Assembly: GCA_050273025.1 (NCBI GenBank)
Contig: CP158636.1
Location: 5,766,001 to 5,830,000 of the forward strand
Direction: 5' to 3'
DNA from: Cenococcum geophilum
Lineage: Eukaryota
Length of the DNA: 64,000 bases
This document shows, one piece after another, positions 1 through 10,906 of this stretch (position 1 is the first letter of the stretch; every line of letters begins with the position of its first letter). Position numbers and translations under genes: made by a program. The notes under the pieces were generated by a model, which saw only the letters and a program-made list of their open reading frames with translations, was not told where the DNA came from and searched no databases.

Positions 1-2108
1 CTCCCGTAAAGACTTAACTCCCTATACTATATCCTAAGTATTTAATCGCAAAAGTCCTTGTCTAATAGAGGTAGGCGATTACTTAATAAGCTACGGCGTT
101 ATAGAGGGGTAAGGGATTTCGTAGAAATTCCGATAGCTTGCTTAAAGCTTAAGCTATATTAGGTCTCGTAATATAGGTCGTATAGAGGAGTAATCTAATT
201 ATCCTTTAGTAGATATAGGTGTCTTAATTTAAAGCTTCCTCTAGGTTCGGTAAAAGCCTATTAGTGCTTATAGGTGTACTAACTAAGCGTATATTAGTTA
301 AATAAAAGTCATTAGCGATCTTCTTAATATAGGAGTCTTAATAGAGCTATAGCTTCCTCTAACTCCTATCTCTTAGGACTTAAATTCCTAGGAACCAGAA
401 CAGTTCTCCTAGGTCCTTTATCTCGTATTTCTTTATAAGCGCAGTCTTAAAGCTTAGAAGCTCTAACTAGTTCCCCTTAGTACTTATAGCACAGATATTA
501 TCTATATAGAAGAACACAATCAGCCGATCGTTATAGTAGAGATATAGCTCTCCGCTAATAGGCTTTAACCCTAATTTAGTTAGTTCCTAACTTAAGTCGT
601 TATACTAAAGGCGCGGCGATTATTAAAGTCTATAGAGAGCTCTACGTAGTAGTAGACATTTGCCCTTAATAGTGAATCCATCTAGACACTTAATATAGAC
701 TATTTCATTAATTAAGCTGTTCGCGAACGCGTTAACAGCGTCGCCCTGCTAAACGTCCAAATTAAATGCTGTAATAACTGCTGTAAGAGCCCTAAAGACC
801 TTAGCTGCTAGAGTTGCTATATAGGTGTCCTTATATATTAACTCTTATAGATCGCCTCTTATATAAAGTCGTGCCTTAAACTTTATTAGATATCTATTAG
901 TATCCATTTTATAGGTAAATCTCTAGGTAGTAGGCACTATTTTAACTAATAGAGTCTTATCTACAACCTTAAATGTTCTATAACCCTCTAGGTCAGTGTA
1001 CTCTTTTATAGCAATAGTAAGGAAATCTTCCCTATACTAGTGTCTTATAAGCTCCTTCTAGTTCTTAGGCGGAGGTAGTAGCTTATCGCGATGGATTTTC
1101 TTATAATATTTTAGGCCTACGTAAAAGGCTGCCTAAAGCGCTTTAAAGCTATCTATCTCCTTAAGGTAAGTTAAATAAGCCATATATCGTTTAGGTAGCC
1201 TCTTTAATTATTTACCTTTTATAATATTATCTTCCTTAATAGCTGCGCCGTCTTTATCCTTTAAGTTATCCTCTATAGGTACGTATTTATAATACGGTTA
1301 TTAACGGGTAAAGGGAGCTAAGGAGCTTAAGGATTCTTTAATAGGAATTAACTAAGGTTCTAGCGTCTCATCTAGGGTAGGAAGGGTAGGTAGAAAATCA
1401 TCCTTTAAGGTTTATAAGCTTGCTATATCATTATCTTAATTAGTTACTTAGTCTTAATTTCTACTAGAATCTACTTATTAATTTCCACCGTTTTTTACTT
1501 AAATCTTATCTAAAATCTCGTCGTCCTTATCTAATGTTTTATTAAGCTCTTCCTAAAGCGTCCTATTAATATGCGACACATTAATTACCTCCAAAATTTA
1601 ATTAGCGCGTTTTTGGAGCAGATTTACAAGATCTAGCTAACCGTCGTTATAGAGCAACTGCTTATTAAATGTCACGTCTCTTGTTTAAATTACCTTCTTT
1701 TCGCTAGGTATATAGACCCTAAAGATATTCGTTAACTAGTACCCAACTAGGTATCTAATATAAGCTCTTAGCTTAAGCTTTCAAGTGTATAGGAGGTTGT
1801 ATTTAAGTAGGTAAGCTCTATAGCCATATATATATAGATAAGCTATATTTAGCTTTAATGGCGAGAGCCCTAGTACTAACTAAAGCTTCTTAAAAGGTAT
1901 TATCTAGCTAAGCTAGGCGTTCGGTATCCGATTAATTAAATACGCTATAGCTCTAATAATCTCTAGCTAGAGCTCTTCTAGTAATTAAGCTTCAATTTAC
2001 ATATAACAAGACTTAATAATAATTACCCCCCTAGAACGTTTAGTAGAACTGTTTTAAGACTTTATATATAGAGCCAATTACTTTACTATAATTCCTTCTT
2101 AGTTTATC

Positions 2109-2310
2109 TATCACAGCGACTTAGTTAATCGAGGCACGAGCGCCGTAAAACGTATATAAGCCTGTATAATTGGTAGTCTATTGACCCGGATATTAAGATG
2201 AGGAGAAGAAGAAGGTCGTGGAAAGGACACGTCTATATATATAGAGCTAAGACGTAAGCGAACCCCCCTAACTAGGCCCTATCTAGGTTACGCGCGTTAG
2301 TGCTGTAATA
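2109..2310 (-). repeat. 3' LTR of the mini element
   Basis: TATCACAGC...GCTGTAATA (RIP-altered TGTCACAGC...GCTGTGACA); near-identical to 3499-3700. Confidence 0.93.
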
Positions 2311-3498
2311 TTACCCCCCCCTTCAAAAAAGCTTGCCCTTAAGCTTTATTCTTAGGTGCTTATCTTCTACCTCTTATATAGTTGTAGTTATTTGCTGCAG
2401 GTGGGGCAGCAATAGTCGATGAGATGCTGTAGGCAGAGCAGCGAGTGTTAGTTAGAATGCTGCAGGCAGAGCAGCGAGGGTCGATTGTAGTGCTGCGGGC
2501 GTAGCAGTAGAAGTCAATTATGGTACTGCAGGCAGGAGCAGTAGTGGTCGAATTAAGGTTTAGCTGCAGGTAGGAGCAGCTGTGTTTGGGTAGTAGTACG
2601 GTACTAGCGGCGGTAACAATAGTGGTCGAGCATAGAGCTTATCTATCGGTTGTCTTGTAATAGTAGGTCGAACGTAAAGCTCGGGCTATCGATTGGTCTC
2701 GTTAACTGTGGCAGGGCAGTCATTTATTGTAGCAGTACAATGTAAGCGGAAGTCGTGGATCGCAGGTATAACGGTACGATCGTATAGTTAGAAGCAGAGT
2801 AATGCCAGCGTTAATAGTCCTGGTGATTTCATTCCTCGCAGCTCGTACAACTCAGTATTAGTCGGGGTCGTTCTTCGCAGCCAGTGTATAGCACTAGTCT
2901 TAGTATTAACCGATTTCGTTCCTCACAGTATACGTAGCTCAGTATCCATCAAAAAGGACTATTTAGGTAGTAGTATGGTGCAAGCGTCCGATAGAGACGT
3001 ACGGTGGTCATTTAAAGGGTCGTCGTTCGATCGATCGACTGGTCGGTAGGTATACGCGTTTGGTTAACAGATATACGCGTTGCTCGGTCGGTTGACGAGA
3101 TTGTATGGTCGGAAAGAGGTTACCGCTCAGCACGTGCTTCCCCATAGCATAGGCGGCCGTTTAGTAGAGAGAAAAGAAAAAAAGAAGAGAATATAAGGGA
3201 GGGTACCTATAAGTATAGGGATTCCATACCCAGCCACCACAGGACCACGGTAAGTGTGTCTACAATTATAGAACTTTAATAATTCCTACAATTGTAGGGC
3301 TTTAATAATAATAACAATGATTCCTACTTTGTCTCAGAGTATATATCTCCTGCCTTCTTTATTATAGGAGTTAGGCTCTCCTTTCTTCCTTTGCCTACTA
3401 GTATATAGGGCTCCGTTACCTATTAACTACCCTAGGCTATAGGGCTTCTTTAACCTAGGATATAACAGCCTGCGATCGGTTAAGGGATCTTAATATAA

Positions 3499-3700
3499 TA
3501 TTACAGCGACTTAGTTAATTGAGGCACAAGCGCCGTAGAATATATGCAAGCCTGTATAATTAGTAGTCTATTGACCCAGATATTAAGATAAGGAGAAGAA
3601 GAAGGTTGTGGAAAGGACACGTCTATATATATGGAGCTAAGACGTAAGCGAACCCCCCTAACTAGGCCCTATCTAGGTTACGCGCGTCAGTGCTGTAATA
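3499..3700 (-). repeat. 5' LTR of the mini element
   Basis: Direct repeat of 2109-2310 differing by transitions; TATA-like run at ~3623-3632. Confidence 0.93.
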
Positions 3701-5823
3701 TTATCTAACTATAGAAGTCGCCACCAAGGGAGGTCTCGCTATTAACTTAGATAACTACAATCTTCTAATTATATTAACGCTTCACCCTATTTAAATATCG
3801 TATAATTACTTATATTAACAATAACTTTCGGGCAAAGGTCTCTACCTTGTTTATTTGCAGAAATTCGTTATAGAAATATATCGTCCATTTATAACCGTTA
3901 TACGCCACGATCTCCTAGAATAAGTCGATATGCACTTAGTAAAAGGGCCTCATTACCTTATTGGTAGGTACTCTTCTTAATACAATTTCGTGAGCCTTAC
4001 TAACAGCACAGGATTTATATTCGATTATCGCTAGTCCTTAAAGCTTCGCACTACCTACCTCCTAAGGTAGATACTTAATCGCGTCGGGTCCTGTATGACC
4101 TAGTCTCTTATACTAGAGCCTTCCTACTACTTCTTAATTAGAAAGGGGGTCTTACAATTAGATTATAAATAAGGCTTTTGGCTTATTATATTTAACCGTG
4201 TTTTAGTTACAATATCGCCCGCAATAGGTGAATGTCTTATAATCGTCTTTATAATATAGTAGGTTCTTTTTATTATCCCACTATATATTCTTATTGTTAA
4301 ACCTATTTAAATAGGCTAAATTCGTATAGAACGCTGGTACATATACTACATTAGCTAGTAGAATCCTCTTAAGGCCTACTGGCGTCTAGATTGTAACTGC
4401 TACTATCCCTATACCCTTAACTAGATCTAGGCCCGTTCCGGCGTATATAAAGTTATTACTTAGTTAGAGCTCGTCAACAAATCTTAATTAATTATTAATA
4501 ACGTATATTATAGTTCCGTTATTAAGAATAACGCTATTATATAGCTTATAGTTAGAACCTGCGTTATAGGCGCCTACTTAGTATACGGCAAAGATACTAT
4601 AGTTATCTTCCTTTTAACTTCCGTTTAGGTTCCGTACGGCTTCCTTTTATAAAGCTTCCTTACCTAAAGCCTCCTTCCTTATCTTCTTAATCTTTAACTT
4701 AGTCTAATCTAATACGCTTATAATCCTTTCCTTAACTTTTATAGCTGTAGCTTTATTAGATTTCCAATCCTTTAATTAAACCAATTTGTTAATATAAGGA
4801 TAATCTAGAAACCAGTAAACATCTCCGCAGTAGTATATTGGGGTGTCTTTCTTCTTTAACGTCCTAGATAGTATAGTAGGGGCCTTATCCTTAGGAGTCT
4901 TATCCTTAGAAGCCTCGTCTTTATAAGATCCGTTAATTAACTCGCCCTAGAAGCCTACTATATTAGCGCTAAGTTAATCCCTTCTCTTTTAGGCAGTCTC
5001 TATTTATTAATAGTTCCGATATATTTTAACTAATTAATCTATAGATATTATCTGGTCACTAGCCCAGTTATATTTATTAAATTTAACCCTCTATGTTAAA
5101 GCCTAGTTTGGTAATGCTGGCTCTATAGCCAATAGAAAGTCTCTAATTACTTAGTTGCCGTTTATATCTGGTAATTTAATCTTTTTACAGTCGTTGTATA
5201 TCTTCTCCTACTACTATAGCTAGGCCTTAAAGTTCTGGTTCTTTAGGCCCTTTTTAACCTTGGTATATTAAGTAGATAGGTATAGCTTACGTGCTATATT
5301 AGTAGGGGCAACCCTCTCCTTAAGAGCCACTAGGGTGTTATATACTAAGTCAATACCTAGTATATAGGTATTAAGGTTCCTAGCTACTATACTAGTAATA
5401 TAGCTTTGTAGGGAGGTTAAAGCTGCCTTCTACTTCTTATATTCCTTCTCTACTGTCTTATACCTCTTACGGAGAATTTAAAGCTTATCCTTCTTGTCCT
5501 TAGAGAGAGCTGTATATAAGGTCGTTCCTATCTTTATATCTTAAGGCCTAGGAAAGACTGGTTTAAGTAAACGGGGCAACTGATCCTATTTAGTTAAGGG
5601 GTCGACGTATTCCTATACATCTCCTATTTAAGCTTAAAGCCTAATAAGGTTAATCTATTCATCCCAATCAGCTTAGTTCGATAATATTACCGTCGTGGTA
5701 ATAGCTTAGGTAGCTTAAGAAGTTATATTAAAAGGTGCTTACAAGGACAAATAAAGTATTTAATAAGGGATAGGGTTAATTAAATCAACAGGTGCAATAT
5801 GGCAAGTCACCCGGGCTCATAAC

Positions 5824-5999
5824 TGTCGATCGGTAGTCTGTGCACCAATTGTAAGGTAAGATTGAGGACTCTGTCTATTCAAACTATAAAGGAAAAAAAC
5901 TATATATACATGAGGTAGTACCCCCCACAGGGGTCCCTAGAGAATCGGTGAAACTAGATTGAAACCAGGTCGAGACAAATCTGAAGCTGATGTCTGACA
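5824..5999 (-). repeat. 5' LTR of the Copia element
   Basis: TGTC...GACA termini directly abutting the PBS. The outer end could instead be 6018 (GTCGACA); the partner LTR is not in the window. Confidence 0.65.
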
Positions 6000-6813
6000 G
6001 TACCCGTCACGGTCGACAAATATGTAGCTTCGAGCTCCCGTTATATATTCCATATTAATATGGAGCTCCCACATACGCGCCAGGGTGACAACTTTTCGTG
6101 ATATGGCGACTCCACACGCCTTAACCGCAATACTGCTGTCGCATTTGCAAGCCTTATATGATATCATTACCTCAACCTTCGTGATCGCAGGCGCCGCTAT
6201 AACTCTACTACGGCTCGTACGGGAGGTGGGCAAAGATGTAGGAAACGTCGATCGTAGAGAGGGCGTTGGCCGAGGAGGCTCCATTATTACACCAAAATAG
6301 GGAGTCGCGATAGAGGCCTGGTGTCAGAGAGGGGCTTATTGGAATCGCTCACCGACGTCAATTATGCATGCGAAGTCAAATATGGAGCCTTATCTGGAGC
6401 CTTAACCGAACAGTCGACTCAATTACATATTCAAAGGGTAGCCGCCACTAATTACAAAACGGGTGACACTAAAAGGCGCACGGATTGACAGATTATGAAT
6501 ATGGAGGCGATTTGCAACCGAACAGCGCCTAACTCGAAAATCTACTCTCCATTTTCTGCTACTCTGTCCGCGAAACCCAACGCTTTTCGGAGCCGCCAAC
6601 AATCCTTAGAAGTCATGTCGTTTCTCTGCTCTCTAGAGCTTGACGCTTTTCCCCACCAAAATCTGCTAAAATACACCTTTTTGTACTATCTATAACTTAA
6701 TAGTTATAATAGCTATTTATACAAAAAACCTGGTGACAAAACCCGTTCGGAGTGGAGGTTTCCTTTCTAGCCTATCCCAATAATATAATACAGGGATATC
6801 ATGGATAAAGTTA

Positions 6814-7457
6814 GGGTGATGCTATTTGGACACCCCCTAATTGTTAGGTAGACACCCCCCGAATCAGGGTTGGCGCCTGCTTCAATAGGCTAAAATATCA
6901 CGTGGGTTTAACTTGTTTACACCTGCATCGCGAAAATCAAGACTTTTAAAATGTGACTTTTATGACTGCAACACCTTAATTAAGTCTTAATTTCAACTAT
7001 ATAGTATATAGTAGAGTTCAAATTAAAGCTAGAATGCGCCGAAGGACCCCTCAGGAGGGCCTGCCTGAAAGGGTAAAGCCCTCCGACCGCTTAAAGCCTG
7101 TTGAATATTGCTGCCGATAGGTGGCAGCAGTATTTTGACTTCCACCACTAAGCCCACCACTAGAATTGACCTCAACCTGTTCCTGAGTCGACTGATTGAA
7201 CTGCATAGTGCTCTGCGAGGCTGCGCGTGAACTTAATTAGGTGCTGCTGCCTCTGCTTAACGTTTGCGAACGGCCTCCGCGGGCACGCCGACGCCCGCGG
7301 ATATTGCCGTAAAAGTTGTATTTTAAAGTGTGATTTTCGCGATGTAGATGCAAACAAGTTAAATTCACGTGATATTCTAGCCCATTGAGGCAGGCGCTGA
7401 ACTTAATTCGGGGGGGTGTCTACCTAGCAATTAGGGTGTGTCCAAATAGTATCACCC
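6814..7457. mobile_element. MITE with long TIRs, probably Mutator/MULE-like
   Basis: ~150-bp imperfect TIRs (GGGTGATGCTATTTGGACAC... / ...GTGTCCAAATAGTATCACCC); exact 8-bp TSD TAAAGTTA at 6806-6813 and 7458-7465; no transposase. Confidence 0.85.
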
Positions 7458-7471
7458 TAAAGTTAATGCTA

Positions 7472-7833
7472 CAAGGGGGCTACCTGAGCGGGCTGCCGCT
7501 CCCTCCCTGCAAGTTTTGTGGCATTTTAGTCGTATCCACACTGTTTTCGTAGGACATTACTATATTGCCACCAAACTTGCAGGGAGGGAGCGGGCCACCA
7601 GCGCTCCCTGCTAGCGTTGGCGTAGTTTTAGCCATATCGCGTATAGCTCATGAGTAGTAATCCTTAAATTACAAAGGTAAAGAAGCTGCCAGAATACGTA
7701 GGCAATATACTGCAGATGAAGGCCCTACAAAATACTGAATAAGCACCTGTTTTAATGTGGCAATGTGGCAATGTAAGCACTAGCAGGAGACGCTTGCAGG
7801 GAGCGCTGGTGGCCCGCTCATGTTACCCCCTTG
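7472..7833. mobile_element. Tc1/mariner-type MITE with nested inverted repeats
   Basis: TA|CAAGGGGGCTACCTGAGCGGGC ... GCCCGCTCATGTTACCCCCTTG|TA; internal hairpin 7496-7594 and a second inverted pair 7592-7618/7790-7816. Confidence 0.8.
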
Positions 7834-7844
7834 TACACCATTTT

Positions 7845-10840
7845 GCCCGCGAAGCCCTACTGCACGCGTCCACGTCGCCGCGGGTGGAAACATCATCAGG
7901 AAATCCTTCCTTACGATGGCCAAGTGCAGAGGCGATGGTAGAGAGCCGTCGCAGCGCATGCAGCGCGCTGTCGTCGCGGTTCTGTGGTGTTGAGCCCGCG
8001 ACGCGTACGAAGCATCGTACAAAGCATCGCCCCCAACATCACCAGGAGCCTCACTGCCCCCGCTTGAGGCTCCCGCTCTACTATCTAGGGGGGCAATCAA
8101 TCAAGGGAAACTGGGATACGAAAACCACCCGACGTACGACTACCTAGCTCGTAGCTAGGGCCGAAACTGGCCTTATCAAGCCAGCGGATGCGGACGCGTC
8201 CTAGGCGTACGACAGGACACCCTTAGGCTTGCACTAGCTCTGAGATCGCAACGGCGAGGGCGTAGGGAACCTCTTCTTATAAGAACTTGTTAAGGTTAAC
8301 GCGTCGCAGATACCTTGTACGAAACTTGTTAAGGCCCCAAGGCCACCGCGAAGAACTTGTTAAGGCCCTGCCTAGAGAACTCGTTAAGGCCCCTCTACGA
8401 GGGCCTATCTGGTATCCGGTACACTCAGGTGACTCAGAAGAGGGTCTTAATAGGCGTGGTGCGCGCGACCTGGAAGACAGCGACGCGACAGCAACGCGAC
8501 GGCGACCGGACGGCTCAACGAGGTGGAAACACGGGCAAAGCTCTAGGCAGCGGAAACACAGGCCAGCTTCGACGGCCCCATGGCGTTCGACCAGGTGACT
8601 CACAGGAGGGTCTTAATAGGCGTGGTGCACGCAACCTGACGCATATATATATGGGGGAGGCTCTAAGGAAACACAGGCCAGTCGGACGAGGACTCGACAG
8701 TTAGAGACACAGGCCAGCTTATAAAAAGGGGGGACACAAGCTTGGTTAGTAGAATAGGGTAGAGTAGGTCGCCTGGCGGGACCTAGTCAGTGACCCGTTC
8801 TGCAAGACACGGTCGGCCTGTCATGAGGAGACTCTTACAGGCAACGCGAAACGGGAACTGGCAGTATTATAGGGTGTTGCGCCCCTATACTACTACTAGC
8901 CTCCCGCGGGGCGTAGTGCGTAGTAGCCACTGCTGGCTCTAGGGACCTCACCCCTTAGCTGGGCTCTGACCCCTAGTGCACCTGGTAGGCAGGCAGGATC
9001 ACGTCCTGGCCGGAGAGACTACTACGTGGCTCGAGAGAACGGATGCGCGTGTCGGTACACCAACAGACGGAACCGTTCGCTAGGACGGCACGCCGGTGAG
9101 ATGTGCTTAAGGAGCAAACAGGAGTTACCCAGGCGGGAGAGGTTTTTGGCCGGGCCTTAACCGTAGAAGGTGTGTGAGGTGTCCAATAGATGTGACGAAG
9201 CCACTGGAAAACTGGGGTAGAGGCCTGGATAAGCAGGCATGTCGAACTCTACTATATTACTAGCACTACTAGCTAATATATAACTACCTGCGAAGACAGA
9301 GGCTCTGCAGACGGCACCGATCGCCGCTCCAGAGGACAGCAGAGATGTGCGAGGATGTCCAGGTGAATGGGGTGCTGGAGGTTAAACCGTATGCATGCCC
9401 GCCGTAGGTGGCTAAGCCCAACGTGGTAATATATAAGGACGAAGATTATACTTAAGCTATTATTAAAGACTATAAGCTAGGGTAGGTTAACATATACGTT
9501 AATGCATTAGTGCGTAATAGTAGGGCAGGAGTTGGTGTGTATGCTACGCCATCTAAAGCAACGCTTTCAAAAACGGTGGCGAGCTCTAATTAGGCCAACG
9601 CCCACCTTATAGAGCTTCTAGCAATCAGCAAGGCAGCCAACTAGCCGTGGGACCCTATGTGCACGGCTATTAACCAAGCAGGTTTTCTAATACCTGCATC
9701 TAGTATAAGAATATTCTCTAACTTATAATTAGCGTTACTGTTAGTATAAAGCTGGAGGGCTAGAGCCTACCAGGAAATAGTTATAGAAATCTTAAAGAAG
9801 CTTTAGCTAAATAATATTACGCTATATTAGATTTTAGGCCACTTAGGATTTGTGGGAAATAAGAAGGCTAATAAGCTTACTAAAGCAGCAATAAGATTAG
9901 AGAGCAAGGAGCCACCACAGAGAGATGGCCTCCTATGGTACCTTATAACGCAAGCATTAAAAAGAGCTAAGATAATAATAGGACCGCTTCTATTAGGAAG
10001 ATCTAATACGGGCAAGTTTATAAGGAAGATTGATATAGCACTCTACTTTAGAAAGGCTGTAGGATTATACTAGCAGCTAATTAGCTTAAAAGCTGCCATT
10101 TTTATATAGCTACAGACCGGCAAGTTATTTCTAAAGGAATATCTCTACAAAATTAATGCATTAGAGACGGTGTTATGCGACTACAGGCTTATAGAGTTAA
10201 TACAGCACTTTCTCTTCTTTTGTAGGAGGTGGGCGCAGCAGAGGATTAAACTAAGAGAGTAATATAGAGATTAATTTGGGGATCTATTATATGCATTAGG
10301 AGGCTACTTATATAGACGAGAAGGAGGCAGGAATATTAACGGCCTAATTAAGCGCTAGAAGCTAGATATTAGCGTAGTTAAAGCTACAATTAAATTTATA
10401 AAGGAGACTAGACGTTTATACCTAAGCGTATAAAATATAGAGAGCATAGAAGCTGATATTAATAAGCAAAGACTCTTAAGAATTCCTCTTCTAATTATCT
10501 AACCGAATATACCGCGAGCCTCCTCTATACGTACCTCTACTAGTATATTGCTAATTAAGAAGCGCACAACGCTAGAATAGCCCTACGGATACAAGGCATT
10601 AAAAACTACTTACTTAGGCTCGCCTCTAAACTCTAACTTTCTTTAATAGTAATACATTACTTTCCTTTATTTTTTCCTTAGTTAAGTATAGTGTTAGGTA
10701 ATAGATATATAGTTCTTATAGTTGGCTTCTAAACTAGAGTAAGCATATTAATAGCAGGAAGTATTTAGTTAGCGCTTTATAACGGCCCATACCCTAGATA
10801 GTGTATGGCCATAATAGAATATATATATATACATACATAC
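7845..10840 (+). mobile_element. TSD-flanked chimeric retro-insertion: 1.45-kb unknown 5' module plus the 3' 1.55 kb of the Tad-like LINE
   Basis: 12-bp TSD GTACACCATTTT (7833-7844, 10841-10852). 9292-10840 aligns with ~30321-31872 (RNase H region, 3' UTR, ATAC tail). 7845-9291 has no counterpart in the full-length LINE. Confidence 0.8.
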
Positions 10841-10906
10841 GTACACCATTTTAGTAACCGTTATCGTAACGCCATTTTATAAGTAGCCTCTAGTAGCATT
10901 CCGCTT

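Larger units (their letters stand above)
2109..3700 (-). mobile_element. Non-autonomous mini LTR retroelement (TRIM-like) nested in the Copia integrase
   Basis: Two 202-bp LTRs and a perfect 5-bp TSD TTATC (2104-2108, 3701-3705). PPT GAAGGGGGGGGG on minus next to the 2109-2310 LTR. The ~1.19-kb interior has no recognisable gag/pol. Confidence 0.92.
1..5999 (-). mobile_element. RIP-degraded Ty1/Copia LTR retrotransposon (3' end outside the window)
   Basis: Minus-strand relics in Copia order: zinc knuckle (~4800-4840), protease VILNNGT for VILDSG (~4515-4532), GAG-pre-integrase KRLGHTGP (~4085-4115), integrase (~1700-4000), and RT motifs KFKARL, DTYIATLA, LLRRALY and RLIVFFYIDNIC for YVDD (~490-890). 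Many TAA/TAG stops and a TpA excess. Copia-type PBS GTTATGAGCCC at 5813-5823 (minus). Confidence 0.93.

Noticed and set aside
2393..2582. CRISPR-like array
   Set aside because: Eukaryotic context, degenerate short repeats, related linkers and no cas genes.
6505..6531. Harbinger-like TIR end TTGCAACCGAACAGCGCC|TAA
   Set aside because: It resembles the 11058-11428 TIR, but no partner end was found.
7755..8704. ORFs of 100-130 aa in the captured module
   Set aside because: GC-rich chance ORFs in several frames with no recognisable motif; two cross the insertion boundary.
8790..8860. Hammerhead ribozyme (CCCGTT...GAAACGGG)
   Set aside because: No CUGANGA core in the required position.
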